A stretch of DNA of 64,000 bases from an uncultured Clostridia bacterium (GTDB lineage Bacteria > Bacillota > Clostridia > Christensenellales > Borkfalkiaceae): assembly GCA_944327465.1 (NCBI GenBank), contig CALVHH010000008.1:40-64039 (forward strand), read 5' to 3'. This document shows, in pieces, positions 20,777-30,576 of this stretch (positions are counted from its first letter, which is position 1; each line of letters begins with the position of its first letter). A program made the position numbers and the translations under genes. The notes beneath the pieces are model-generated. The model was not told the origin of the DNA. It worked only from the letters and a program-made list of their open reading frames with translations, and searched no databases.

Positions 20777-22180
20777 ATGAATACATCAATAAAGCTCGCC
20801 TATATAGGCGGCGGTTCAAAGCTGTGGGCAAGGGTGTTTATGTCCGACCTCGCCTGTGCCGAACATCTTTCGGGCGAGATAGCTCTCTACGACATCGATG
20901 TCCCCGCGGCGCGGCGCAACGCAGCCATAGGCGGCTACATAAACGCCGACCCCGCCACAAAATCGCGCTTCAACTATGTCGTCTACGAGGATATCGAAGG
21001 CGCGTTGAAGGGCGCCGACTTCGTGGTGATATCCATTCTGCCGGGCACATTCACCGAGATGCGCTCCGACGTCCATGCTCCCGAAAAGTACGGTATATAC
21101 CAGTCCGTCGGCGACACCGTGGGGCCCGGCGGCGTGCTCCGCGCCATGCGCACGGTGCCCATATACGAAGGCTTTGCCCAAAAGATAGCTCAAATATGTC
21201 CCTCGGCATGGGTAATAAACTTCACTAACCCCATGACCGCCTGCACATATACGCTTTACGACGTCTTCCCCGGCATCAAGGCGTTCGGCTGCTGTCACGA
21301 GGTATTTCACGCCCAGGAATTTCTATGCAGGGTGCTGCGCGAGGAGCGCGGCATAGACGTCGGCAGAAAGGATATATATACCGACGCTTCGGGCATAAAC
21401 CACTTCACGTGGATAACGAGCGCTTACTACAAAGATATCGACATATTAAAGCTCATACCGTCCTTTTATGAAAAGTACTTCAACGAAGGTTTTTATGAAT
21501 ACGCCGACCGCTTCGCCTTCCGCCACGACCCCTTCGCCTACGGCAACAAGGTCAAAATGGATATGTACATGCGCTACGGCGCACTCGGCGCGGCGGGCGA
21601 CAGGCACCTGGCTGAATTCATGCCCGATACGTGGTATTTAAAGGACCCCCAAACGGTAAAGGATTGGGCGTTCAATCTGACCACCGTCGACTTCCGCGAA
21701 AGGCAGCAGGCTGAGCGCGTGGCTGAGACCATAGAGATGGCGGAGGGCAGAAAGTCCTTCCCCGTCGTAAAGTCTGCCGAGGAGGCGGTAGACCTCATAA
21801 AGGCAATAATGGGCTTCGGCAGGATAGTTTCCAACGTCAATCTGCCCAACGCCGGGCAGATGCCGCAGATGCCACGCGGCGCCATAGTCGAAACAAACTG
21901 CGTGTTTGCCGATAACAGCGTAAAGCCCGTCGTCTCCGATGAGCTTCCTCCCGCAGTGCTCGCGCTCGTCATGCGCAACTATTTGAATATACAGACGTGC
22001 TGCGAGGGCATAAGGCGGCGCGACCTCGACGAAGTGTTCGCCTCCTTCGTAAATCAGCCTCTCTGCTCGCGCCTGACCGTCGCCGAGGCGCGTTCGCTGT
22101 TCAAGGAGATGTGCTTTAACACCCGCCAATACCTCGACGGCTACTTCGACCTCGAAAAGTATTTCGGCACGGCGAAGTAA
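20777..22180 (+). CDS. Glycoside hydrolase family 4 (NAD/Mn-dependent alpha-glycosidase)
   Basis: 467 aa from ATG 20777 (GAGGAGG SD). N-terminal IGGGS Rossmann, NFTNPM, and the GCCHE Cys-His metal site typical of GH4. Confidence 0.8.
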   Translation: MNTSIKLAYIGGGSKLWARVFMSDLACAEHLSGEIALYDIDVPAARRNAAIGGYINADPATKSRFNYVVYEDIEGALKGADFVVISILPGTFTEMRSDVHAPEKYGIYQSVGDTVGPGGVLRAMRTVPIYEGFAQKIAQICPSAWVINFTNPMTACTYTLYDVFPGIKAFGCCHEVFHAQEFLCRVLREERGIDVGRKDIYTDASGINHFTWITSAYYKDIDILKLIPSFYEKYFNEGFYEYADRFAFRHDPFAYGNKVKMDMYMRYGALGAAGDRHLAEFMPDTWYLKDPQTVKDWAFNLTTVDFRERQQAERVAETIEMAEGRKSFPVVKSAEEAVDLIKAIMGFGRIVSNVNLPNAGQMPQMPRGAIVETNCVFADNSVKPVVSDELPPAVLALVMRNYLNIQTCCEGIRRRDLDEVFASFVNQPLCSRLTVAEARSLFKEMCFNTRQYLDGYFDLEKYFGTAK

Positions 22181-22201
22181 TGCTGAAAAATATCAAAATA
22201 T

Positions 22202-22243
22202 ATACGGCTGTGCGCCTCCCGCAAGGGAGGCGCACAGCCGTAT
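22202..22243. terminator. Bidirectional terminator
   Basis: 19-bp stem ATACGGCTGTGCGCCTCCC / GGGAGGCGCACAGCCGTAT with a GCAA loop, between convergent genes. Confidence 0.75.
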
Positions 22244-22245
22244 AT

Positions 22246-22956
22246 TCATATCTCCTTCTTGTATTCCACCGAAGCTATAAAGGCAAAGTACACCGCCTTC
22301 GCACCCTTCTTTTTCAGCGTCGCGGCTGCCTCGTCGGCTGTGGCGCCCGTCGTCATCACGTCGTCCACCACCAAGAACGTCCTGCCTTCAACTTCGCTCT
22401 TTCTCGCGGCAAAACAGCCCTTAAGGTTGTTTTCGCGCTCCCTTCTCGTCAGCGACTTCTGCTCCTTGGTGTCCTTTGTCTTTATCAACACGGGCAGCAG
22501 CGGCAAATTCAGCCGCTCTGCCAGCTCCTGCGCCAAAAGCCGAGCCTGATTATATCCTCGTTTGCGCTCGGCGCGTGCCGTCATGGGAATAAAGCACACT
22601 CCGTCTACGTCTTCAAACGGACGGCACTTTGGCTCAAGCATGTCGGCAAAGCCGTCCTTCATATATGCCGCGCCCCGTTTGAACTTCAAAACCAGCCCCA
22701 TGCCGCCTTCAGCGTAAACCATTGCGGAAACCGCCCTGTCGAACACGGGCGCATGCGCCTTGCACTCTATGCACAGTTCGTTTGTCGCCGTCTTTCTTCC
22801 GCATACGGGGCAGGCGGCTCCGTCGTTGAACGTCACTTTTTTGCGGCAGTCGGGGCAGAGGTTTGTGTCGTCAAAAGTCTCCTTGCCGCACAGGTCGCAC
22901 GTAAAATTTTTGGGGAACAGCCCTTCGGCTATCTCCCGCAAAAGTTTTGCGCTCAT
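22246..22956 (-). CDS. comFC: ComF family protein (ComFC-type phosphoribosyltransferase-like)
   Basis: 236 aa. N-terminal double CxxC zinc ribbon (CDLCGK...CPDC, CPVCG...CIEC) and the C-terminal PRTase motif [12 protein letters not shown]. Confidence 0.8.
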   Translation of the reverse strand: MSAKLLREIAEGLFPKNFTCDLCGKETFDDTNLCPDCRKKVTFNDGAACPVCGRKTATNELCIECKAHAPVFDRAVSAMVYAEGGMGLVLKFKRGAAYMKDGFADMLEPKCRPFEDVDGVCFIPMTARAERKRGYNQARLLAQELAERLNLPLLPVLIKTKDTKEQKSLTRRERENNLKGCFAARKSEVEGRTFLVVDDVMTTGATADEAAATLKKKGAKAVYFAFIASVEYKKEI

Positions 22957-24122
22957 CTTTTAAGATATTTTTTGAGCTCTTCGGCTCTGTCGCACTTCTC
23001 CCAGGGCAGCCCCGCCTTTCCGAAGTGCCCGTATGCCGCGGTCTCAAGGTAAATGGGCGCCCTCAGTCCCAGCGTCTTTATAATGGCGTGGGGGCGCAGG
23101 TCAAAGTTTTGGGCAACTATGTCGGCTATTTCGCCGTCGGGCAGTCTGCCCGTGCCGAACGTATCAACGAATATCGAAAGGGGACGGCTGACGCCTATGG
23201 CGTACGCCACCTGCAGTTCTACTTCGTCGCACAGCCCCGCGGCTACAAGGTTTTTGCAGATATACCTCGCCATATACGCCGCCGAACGGTCCACCTTGGT
23301 GGGGTCCTTGCCCGAAAAGGCTCCGCCGCCGTGTGCGCACTTGCCGCCGTAGGTGTCAACTATTATCTTTCTGCCCGTCAGCCCGCTGTCGCCCTCGGGA
23401 CCGCCTATCTCGAACCTGCCCGTCGGGTTGATGTAAAATTTGGTGTCTTCGTCTATCAGTTCGCCGGGTATCACATATTCGGCGACCTGTCTTTTTATGT
23501 CGTCGCACAGCGTCTGTCTGTCAACAAACGGATCGTGCTGCGCCGATATCACCACGGCATCCACGCGCTTGGGCGTCTTGCCGTCGTATTCCACGGTCAC
23601 CTGCGTCTTGCCGTCGGGGCGCAGATAGGGCAAAATGCCGCTCTTTCTCACTTCGGTCAGCCTCATGGCAAGCTTGTGCGCAAGCATAACAGGCAGCGGC
23701 ATCAGCTCCTCCGTCTCGCGGCAGGCATAGCCGAACATCATGCCCTGGTCGCCAGCGCCCGTCTCGGCGTCCTCGTCGCTCTCGCCCGCCTTTGCCTCGA
23801 GCGATTTATCCACGCCCAGCGCAATGTCGGCGCTCTGTCCGTGCACAGCCACGGTTATCTTGCACCTGTCGAAAGCAAAGTTGCCAAAGTCGTAGCCTAT
23901 TTTTTTAATCGTCTTTCTGGCTATCTGCTCGTAGTTTACGTCTGCAAACGTCGTCACTTCGCCCATTATCAGCAGGCGGTTATACGCCGCGCAGCACTCC
24001 ACGGCGCACCTCGCCGCGGGGTCGGTGGAAAGTATCTCGTCGACTATCGCGTCCGAAATGCAGTCGCACAGTTTGTCGGGGTGACCTTCGGTCACGCTCT
24101 CGCTCGTAAAAAATTTCTTCAT
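22953..24122 (-). CDS. metK: S-adenosylmethionine synthetase
   Basis: 389 aa from ATG 24122 ([20 protein letters not shown]). Conserved [12 protein letters not shown] and [19 protein letters not shown]. Confidence 0.95.
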   Translation of the reverse strand: MKKFFTSESVTEGHPDKLCDCISDAIVDEILSTDPAARCAVECCAAYNRLLIMGEVTTFADVNYEQIARKTIKKIGYDFGNFAFDRCKITVAVHGQSADIALGVDKSLEAKAGESDEDAETGAGDQGMMFGYACRETEELMPLPVMLAHKLAMRLTEVRKSGILPYLRPDGKTQVTVEYDGKTPKRVDAVVISAQHDPFVDRQTLCDDIKRQVAEYVIPGELIDEDTKFYINPTGRFEIGGPEGDSGLTGRKIIVDTYGGKCAHGGGAFSGKDPTKVDRSAAYMARYICKNLVAAGLCDEVELQVAYAIGVSRPLSIFVDTFGTGRLPDGEIADIVAQNFDLRPHAIIKTLGLRAPIYLETAAYGHFGKAGLPWEKCDRAEELKKYLKR

Positions 24123-24136
24123 GTTTCTCCTTTCGC

Positions 24137-24272
24137 AAAAAATCAGCCCGCTCCGTACCGGAGCGGGCAAAACTTACTGTTCATTTTTCCCATCGGTACG
24201 GCATTAGCACCTTGCCGTCGGCAGGTTGCTGTGTGGTCGCAGGGCCGCTCCCTCGCACACTCTTGATGTTTA
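24137..24272 (-). promoter_or_regulatory. SAM-I (S-box) riboswitch with intrinsic terminator
   Basis: Minus strand reads CATCAAGAG.GTGCGAGGGAGCGGCCCTGCGACC..GCAACC..GGTGCTAA...GATGG. This is followed by the terminator GCCCGCTCC-GGTAC-GGAGCGGGC plus TTTTTT, directly upstream of metK. Confidence 0.8.
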
Positions 24273-24280
24273 CGCAATAC

Positions 24281-24309
24281 ATTATACATGTGCTGTAATT
24301 GTTTGTCAA
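24281..24309 (-). promoter_or_regulatory. Consensus sigma-A promoter of the metK leader
   Basis: Minus strand reads TTGACA, 17 nt, TATAAT. Confidence 0.65.
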
Positions 24310-24329
24310 TTGTTTATCGGGCATTTTAT

Positions 24330-24358
24330 TTGCATTTGCCGCCCGTTTATTATATAAT
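24330..24358 (+). promoter_or_regulatory. Promoter of the radical SAM gene (leaderless geometry)
   Basis: TTGCAT, 17 nt, TATAAT. The -10 box ends 6 nt before ATG 24365. Confidence 0.55.
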
Positions 24359-24364
24359 GAGGCT

Positions 24365-25216
24365 ATGAACTGCAGCCTCTGCCCCGTAAACTGCGGCGCC
24401 GACCGCGAAAATCAGGTCGGCTACTGCGGCGTTTCGGGCATAAAAATAGCAAAATACTATCTTCATCCCTACGAAGAGCCCCCCGTGTCGTTCAAGAACG
24501 GCAGCGGCTGCGTGTTCTTTTGCGGATGTTCGCTCAAATGCGTGTTCTGCCAGAACTATGAGCTCTCGCGCTCGGCGCGGGGCAGGGAATTTTCGGTAGA
24601 AGAGCTTGCCGGCATCTTCCGCAGTCTCGAAGAGCGGGGCGCCGACAACATAAATCTCGTAAACCCCACGCACTATGTTTCGTTGATAGCCGAAGCCATG
24701 AGCATATACCGCCCGCATATCCCCGTCGTGTACAACACCCACGGCTACGAGCGGTTGGAGACGCTTAAAATTGCCTCGTCGTTCACTGATATCTGGCTGC
24801 CCGACCTCAAATTTATCGACCCCGTCCTTTCAAAGCGGTACACGGGCAGGGAGGACTACGCCCGCTACGCGCTGCCCGCCATGCGCTTTATGGCTGAAAA
24901 AGAGCTCAGAATGACAAATGAAGGCAAAATGCTCTCGGGCTGCATCATTCGTCACCTCATTCTGCCCCTCGCCGCATACGACAGTATAGACGTCGTCAAA
25001 TTTGTTTCAAAGCTGCCCGGCGACGTGTATTTCAGCCTTATGAGCCAGTATACGCCCTTCGGCGACATAAAAAATTTCAAGGAGCTGCAGCGCCCGATAA
25101 CGAGCAGGGAGTACAAACTGGTGCTCTCCGCCGTGCGCGCCTGCGGGCTCAAAAACGTATTTTTGCAGGATAAGGACAGTTCGGGCAAGTGCTATATACC
25201 TGATTGGGACTATTGA
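24365..25216 (+). CDS. Radical SAM protein (PflX/activase-like family)
   Basis: 283 aa from ATG 24365. CxxxCxxC = CSLKCVFC, plus an N-terminal extra Cys cluster CSLCPVNC...YCG. Confidence 0.7.
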   Translation: MNCSLCPVNCGADRENQVGYCGVSGIKIAKYYLHPYEEPPVSFKNGSGCVFFCGCSLKCVFCQNYELSRSARGREFSVEELAGIFRSLEERGADNINLVNPTHYVSLIAEAMSIYRPHIPVVYNTHGYERLETLKIASSFTDIWLPDLKFIDPVLSKRYTGREDYARYALPAMRFMAEKELRMTNEGKMLSGCIIRHLILPLAAYDSIDVVKFVSKLPGDVYFSLMSQYTPFGDIKNFKELQRPITSREYKLVLSAVRACGLKNVFLQDKDSSGKCYIPDWDY

Positions 25217-25217
25217 A

Positions 25218-27113
25218 ATGTTGGTGTCATTCGACAATGTAAGTTTTTCTTACGGCGACAATTTAATATTTTCCTCCGCTTCGTTCAGCATAAACGAAGG
25301 CGAAAAGGTCGCTCTCGTCGGCGCCAACGGTGAGGGCAAGACTACGCTCATAAAGCTTATAACGGGCGGGTTGACCCCCGACTCCGGCTCGGTAATTTTA
25401 AAAAACGGCATAACAATAGGCTATCTTGAACAGAACGGCGGGCTGCAGTCCGAAGGCACCGTATATGCCGAAATGCAAAAGGTGTTCGCCGAGGATATGC
25501 GCATGGTCGAAAGGCTCTCTCGGCTTTCGGGCGAGCTGGCAGATTGCCCGCCCTCTTCAAGGGAATATGCCGTGCTTTCGGCAAAGCTCGATGCTGCCCA
25601 GAAGTACGTGGCGGCGCACGACGCCTACAATACCGACGTCAAGATAAAGCGCGTGCTCAACGGTATGGGCTTCGAAGAGTTTTACGACCGCACGATATCG
25701 GGCATGTCCGGCGGCGAAAAGACGCGCTTAAAGCTCGCCCGTCTGCTCCTCGAACAGCCCGACCTGCTCATTCTGGACGAGCCCACCAACCACCTCGACA
25801 TGGAAACGCTGTTCTGGCTCGAGGACTATTTAAAGGGCTTCCGCGGCGCAATATTCATAGTTTCGCACGACAGGTACTTTCTGGACCGCACCTGCACGCG
25901 CACCGTCGAGCTCGAAAACAAGGCTCTCACAGCCTACCCCGGCAACTATACCAAGTACAAGGCGCTCAAGGCAGAGCGCTACGCCTTTGCATTGAAGGAG
26001 TACGAGCGTCAACAGGAGGAGAGGGAAAGGCTGCAGACGTATATCGATAAAAATATCGTGCGCGCCACCACCGCAAAGTCGGCGCAGAGCAGGGTAAAAC
26101 AGCTCGAGCGCATGGAACTCATACAAAAGCCCTATACGCCGCCCTCGCCGCCGCGTTTTTCTTTTACCTATGAACAGCAGCCCTACGAGCGCGTGCTTAC
26201 CATAACCGACCTCGATCTGTCGGTCGGCGGCAAGACGCTCATCTCGCACGGCAGATTGTCCGTCGTGCGCGGGCAAAAGCTCGCCATCGTCGGCGCAAAC
26301 GGCGCGGGCAAGTCCACCCTCTTAAAGCGCATCGTCGGCGGTTCCGAAGGCGGCGTAGAGGTGGGCAGGTACGTGCACTTTGCCGTGTACGACCAGGAAA
26401 ACGCCAACCTCGACAGCGACAACACCGTGCTCGCCGAGCTGTGGGAGCGGCACGTCGCATACAGTCAGACTCAAATCAGGGCGTCGCTCGCCCGCTGCGG
26501 GCTGGTGCCCGAGGACATGGAAAAAAAGGTGGGCGACCTTTCGGGCGGCGAGCGCGCAAAGCTTGCGCTGTGCGTGTTCGAAAACGAACACGGCAACGTG
26601 CTCGTCATGGACGAACCGACCAACCACCTCGACCTTCCCGCCCGCGAGAGCCTTGAACGCGCCCTCGTCCAATTCGACGGCACCGTAATATTCGTCTCGC
26701 ACGACAGGTACTTCATCTCCGCCGTCGCCGACAGCGTCGCCGAAATAAGCGACTGCACGCTCAGCGTATATTCGGGCGGCTATGAGGCGTTTACCGCCGC
26801 AAAACAGGCGCAGGCGGCGCAGCGCCGCCTGCGCGAAGAGCGCCAAGAGCGCGAAAGATATGAACTCAGGCGGAGCGAAAGTTACCGCTCGCGCAAGGAC
26901 AGGGCGGCAGAGGCGGCTAAAAAAGCCAGAATTAAACAGCTCGAAAGCGACATATCCGCCGCCGAAGAGGAGGAGTCGCGGCTCAACGAGCTGCTCGTCA
27001 GCCGCGAAGTGCTCGCCGACTATAAAAAGGGCGAAGAGGTAGCCCGCAGCCTGCAGACCCTCAGGGAAAAACTTGAAGGGCTGTACGGCGAATACGAAAA
27101 ATTTCTCGATTAA
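25218..27113 (+). CDS. ABC-F family ATPase (two NBDs, no TMD)
   Basis: 631 aa. Two Walker A sites (GANGEGKTT, GANGAGKST) and two signatures (MSGGEKTR, LSGGERAK). Charged coiled-coil C-terminus. Confidence 0.85.
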   Translation: MLVSFDNVSFSYGDNLIFSSASFSINEGEKVALVGANGEGKTTLIKLITGGLTPDSGSVILKNGITIGYLEQNGGLQSEGTVYAEMQKVFAEDMRMVERLSRLSGELADCPPSSREYAVLSAKLDAAQKYVAAHDAYNTDVKIKRVLNGMGFEEFYDRTISGMSGGEKTRLKLARLLLEQPDLLILDEPTNHLDMETLFWLEDYLKGFRGAIFIVSHDRYFLDRTCTRTVELENKALTAYPGNYTKYKALKAERYAFALKEYERQQEERERLQTYIDKNIVRATTAKSAQSRVKQLERMELIQKPYTPPSPPRFSFTYEQQPYERVLTITDLDLSVGGKTLISHGRLSVVRGQKLAIVGANGAGKSTLLKRIVGGSEGGVEVGRYVHFAVYDQENANLDSDNTVLAELWERHVAYSQTQIRASLARCGLVPEDMEKKVGDLSGGERAKLALCVFENEHGNVLVMDEPTNHLDLPARESLERALVQFDGTVIFVSHDRYFISAVADSVAEISDCTLSVYSGGYEAFTAAKQAQAAQRRLREERQERERYELRRSESYRSRKDRAAEAAKKARIKQLESDISAAEEEESRLNELLVSREVLADYKKGEEVARSLQTLREKLEGLYGEYEKFLD

Positions 27114-27135
27114 CGGCATCTGTTTGGAGGCATTA

Positions 27136-28146
27136 ATGGACGAAAACAACAAGAATGCTGAAGACGAAGTGCGCAAGATACGCCACACCATCTCGGGCGA
27201 AGAGACGTTCACCCTTGCAAAGGACGTTTACGACCTGCGCTGCGCAATCAAAAAGATATATGCCAACAGGGCGCAGATAGCCCGCAGGCTCAATCTTCTC
27301 TCGCTCGTCTTTTCGCTCGTATATACCGCAATTTATGTGGCGCTCATGCTCTATCTCGGCGTCACCGACAGTCTTTCGCAGGGCTGGCAGATAGCAGTTT
27401 GCGTCATTTTGGGCGCCTATGCGGCGCTCGTTGTTGCCCTCGGCGTCAGTACTTTTGTCGCCGGCAGGGGCAATTCCAAAACTTACAGGCGCAACGGCAG
27501 ACTGTTAAAGACCTTTCGCCTGCTCGTGCGCGTCGCAACGCTCGTAATGGCTGTGATCGCCCTGTCGGCGGCGTATTCGCAGGGCGCGTATTCCGTAAAC
27601 CTTGCGCTGCGCACCACGGCGCTCATCTTTTCGGTGATAGCCATAATATTTTCGCTCATACCCATAATATTCGGCAGCCTCGGCGGGCTCGCCCGCTGGC
27701 TGCTCAAGCCCACAAAGGTCAACAAGCGCATGTCCGCCGTCGTGCTCGAATGGTACGGCTGCGCAGCGGCGCCGCAGTCGCCCTTTGCCTCGACGGGCAG
27801 GGTGGAAAAGGCAATGCTCGAAGATATCTCGCGCTGCGTCGACGGTTACATCCTTCCGGCCATAGGTCGTCGCAAGGTGGGCTCGGTGGGCGCCAATCTC
27901 ATATGCGCCGTCATCGAGCTCGTGCCCCAGCCCGACAGGCACATTGTCGAAGGCATTTTAAAGAACGTCTTCGATTACGCCGTCGAGTGCAACTATGTGG
28001 CAAGCAATCCCTGCCGCGACCTCAACCTGCGCGGCTCTATAGAGGTGTACGAAAAGCCCAAAAAGCCGCCTTTAAAGGTGCGCATAGGCAAAAAGCTGGG
28101 CTCGGCTTTCATAAAGCAGCTCTTTTCGGACGACGACAAAAAATAA
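27136..28146 (+). CDS. 4-TM membrane protein with C-terminal tyrosine-integrase core-binding (SAM-like) domain remnant
   Basis: 336 aa from ATG 27136 (GGAGG SD). Four hydrophobic helices. The C-terminal YILPAIGRRKVGSVGANLI...ILKNVFDYAVECNYVASNPCRDL matches the integrase N-terminal domain pattern. No catalytic domain follows. Confidence 0.5.
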   Translation: MDENNKNAEDEVRKIRHTISGEETFTLAKDVYDLRCAIKKIYANRAQIARRLNLLSLVFSLVYTAIYVALMLYLGVTDSLSQGWQIAVCVILGAYAALVVALGVSTFVAGRGNSKTYRRNGRLLKTFRLLVRVATLVMAVIALSAAYSQGAYSVNLALRTTALIFSVIAIIFSLIPIIFGSLGGLARWLLKPTKVNKRMSAVVLEWYGCAAAPQSPFASTGRVEKAMLEDISRCVDGYILPAIGRRKVGSVGANLICAVIELVPQPDRHIVEGILKNVFDYAVECNYVASNPCRDLNLRGSIEVYEKPKKPPLKVRIGKKLGSAFIKQLFSDDDKK

Positions 28147-28184
28147 CCGCCCGCACATGCTGCGGCACGATACAGGGGAAAAAG

Positions 28185-29663
28185 ATGAAATACATTCTCG
28201 CCCTCGACCAGGGCACAACAAGTTCAAGGGCAATACTCTTCAATGAGCACGGCAAAGTCGCCGGCAAGGCGCACCAGGAATTCAGGCAGATATACCCTAA
28301 ACCTGGCTGGGTGGAGCATGACCCCAAGGACATCCTCGGTTCGCAGGTGGGAGTCATAGCCCAGGCGCTCGTCAGGGCGGGCGCCGCCATAGACGACGTA
28401 GTCGCCGTTGGTATATCCAATCAAAGGGAGACCACCCTTGTGTGGGACGCCTCCACGGGCAGACCGGTGTACAACGCCATAGTGTGGCAGTGCCGCCGCA
28501 CCGCCGATATTTGCGATAAGCTGAAGGCGGAGGGGCTGGATAAGCTCATATATCAAAAGACGGGGCTGGTCATCGACGCCTACTTTTCGGCCACCAAGAT
28601 ACAGTGGATACTCGAAAACGTCCCCGGCGCCCGCGACATGGCACAGGCGGGCAGGCTGCGCTTCGGCACGGTGGATACGTATCTTGCGTACGTGCTCTCG
28701 GGCGGCAGGATATACGCCACCGACTATACCAACGCTGCCCGCACCATGCTGTTCAACATACATACTTTAAAGTGGGATGACGACCTTCTCGCCATCTTCG
28801 GCATTCCCCGCTCAATGCTGCCCGAAGTCTGCCCTTCGGGGCATGTATACGGCCGCACGGATGCGGCTTATACGGGCAGGCGCATGGATATCTGCGCCCT
28901 CGTCGGCGACCAGCAGGCTTCGCTGTTCGGTCACCTATGCATAAAAAAGGGCGATATAAAAAATACTTACGGCACGGGCTGCTTCCTGCTCATGAACACG
29001 GGCGGCGTCGCCGTCGACAGCAAAAACGGGCTCATAACCACGCTCACCGCTTCGGTGCGCGGCAAGCCCGACTACGCGCTCGAAGGTTCGGTGTTTGCCG
29101 GCGGGGCGGCTGTGCAGTGGCTGCGCGATGAGCTGCGCGTCATCTCTTCCGCCGCCGAAAGCGAAAAACTCGCGCTGTCCGTGCCCTCGTCGGGCGGAGT
29201 CTACGTGGTGCCCGCATTCACGGGGCTGGGCGCGCCCTACTGGGACGCCCGCGCCCGCGGCACTATAGTCGGCATCACTCGCGGCACCTCGCGTGAGCAT
29301 ATCGTCCGCGCCACGCTCGAAGGCATAGCCTATCAGGTGGCGGATATCGCCGGGGCGATGAGTCTGGATGCGGGCACGGCAATTGCCGGTCTGCGCGTGG
29401 ACGGCGGAGCTTCGGAAAATAATTTTTTAATGTCCTTCCAGTCGGATATACTAAATTGCTCCGTCATTCGTCCCGCCGTCACCGAAACGACTGCGCTCGG
29501 CGCGGCGTATCTTGCAGGGCTGACGTGCGGCATGTGGTCGGATATCGCCGAGCTTGAGCACAATAACCCGCCCGAGCGCACGTTTACCCCTGCGATCGGC
29601 GACGACGAGCGCCGCGCCCTCCTTTCTGGCTGGCATGGCGCCGTGCGCGCCTCAAGGCTGTAA
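28185..29663 (+). CDS. glpK: Glycerol kinase
   Basis: 492 aa from ATG 28185: MKYILALDQGTTSSRAILF...GWVEHDP. FGGY-family motifs throughout. Confidence 0.9.
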   Translation: MKYILALDQGTTSSRAILFNEHGKVAGKAHQEFRQIYPKPGWVEHDPKDILGSQVGVIAQALVRAGAAIDDVVAVGISNQRETTLVWDASTGRPVYNAIVWQCRRTADICDKLKAEGLDKLIYQKTGLVIDAYFSATKIQWILENVPGARDMAQAGRLRFGTVDTYLAYVLSGGRIYATDYTNAARTMLFNIHTLKWDDDLLAIFGIPRSMLPEVCPSGHVYGRTDAAYTGRRMDICALVGDQQASLFGHLCIKKGDIKNTYGTGCFLLMNTGGVAVDSKNGLITTLTASVRGKPDYALEGSVFAGGAAVQWLRDELRVISSAAESEKLALSVPSSGGVYVVPAFTGLGAPYWDARARGTIVGITRGTSREHIVRATLEGIAYQVADIAGAMSLDAGTAIAGLRVDGGASENNFLMSFQSDILNCSVIRPAVTETTALGAAYLAGLTCGMWSDIAELEHNNPPERTFTPAIGDDERRALLSGWHGAVRASRL

Positions 29664-29727
29664 TTTCTGCATACTCCATTCTGCGGCGGCGCCTGCCGCG
29701 GCGCACTCAATTTGTTACAGGTGTATT

Positions 29728-30576
29728 ATGTTTGATTGTATAATTATCGGCACGGGACCCGCGGGCATATCCGCTGCGCTGACGCTCAAATCCCGCGGCA
29801 AAAATTTCATGCTCATCGGCAGCGCCGGGCTGTCTGCAAAGATAAGCGCCGCCGAGCAGATCAACAACTATCCCGGCTTGCCCGCCGTTGAAGGCGGTGC
29901 GCTCAAAGCCGCCTTTATGGAGCAGCTTGCAGGCATGGGTATTTCAATAACCCAAGCCAGCGTCACGGGCGTATACGATATGGGCGGGTATTACGGCGTG
30001 CTGAGCGGCAGCGACAGCTACGAGAGCAAAACGGTCATTCTCGCCGTCGGCGTCGAGGCTGTAAAGCCCGTTCCGGGCGAACTTGAATTTTTGGGCAGGG
30101 GCGTAAGTTACTGCGCCACCTGCGACGGTTTGCTCTACAGGGGCAAAAATATCGTCGTCGTGTGCACGTCAAAGGCGATGGAAGAGGAGGCGGAGTACCT
30201 CGCTTCGCTCGCGTCGTCGCTCACGTTCGTGCCCCTATATAAGGGCGCTTCGCTTTCGGGCGGCAACGTCACCGTCATCACGGGTATGCCTGTGGCTATC
30301 CGCGGCTCGCAGCGCGTCGAAAGCGTTGAATTTAGGGACAGAGTGGTGCCCTGCGACGGCGTGTTCATGCTCAAGAGCGCCATCGCGCCCTCGGCGCTCG
30401 TGCCGGGGCTCAATGCCGAAGGCGGGCATGTGGTCGTCGACAGGTCGTGCCGAACAAACCTCGGCGGGCTGTTTGCCGCAGGCGACTGTACGGGCAGACC
30501 ATATCAGTATGCAAAGGCGGTCGGCGAAGGCAACGTGGCGGCGCATTCGGTGTGCGACTATCTGGCAAAGGTCTGA
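29728..30576 (+). CDS. Thioredoxin-reductase-like flavoprotein lacking NADPH-binding motifs
   Basis: 282 aa. FAD motif IIGTGPAG, redox CATCDG and C-terminal FAAGDC. Where TrxB has GGGNTAVEEA and HRRDxFRA, this protein has CTSKAMEEEA and PLYKGASL. Confidence 0.7.
   Translation: MFDCIIIGTGPAGISAALTLKSRGKNFMLIGSAGLSAKISAAEQINNYPGLPAVEGGALKAAFMEQLAGMGISITQASVTGVYDMGGYYGVLSGSDSYESKTVILAVGVEAVKPVPGELEFLGRGVSYCATCDGLLYRGKNIVVVCTSKAMEEEAEYLASLASSLTFVPLYKGASLSGGNVTVITGMPVAIRGSQRVESVEFRDRVVPCDGVFMLKSAIAPSALVPGLNAEGGHVVVDRSCRTNLGGLFAAGDCTGRPYQYAKAVGEGNVAAHSVCDYLAKV

Noticed and set aside
22947-24266. 439-aa plus-strand ORF opposite metK
   Set aside because: It is antisense to an unmistakable metK and runs through the SAM riboswitch, with no SD and biased composition.
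27399-28184. N-terminal 262-aa extension of the glpK ORF (754-aa track entry)
   Set aside because: The extension is Arg-rich nonsense overlapping the membrane-protein gene in another frame. GlpK homology begins at MKYILALDQGTTSS (ATG 28185).
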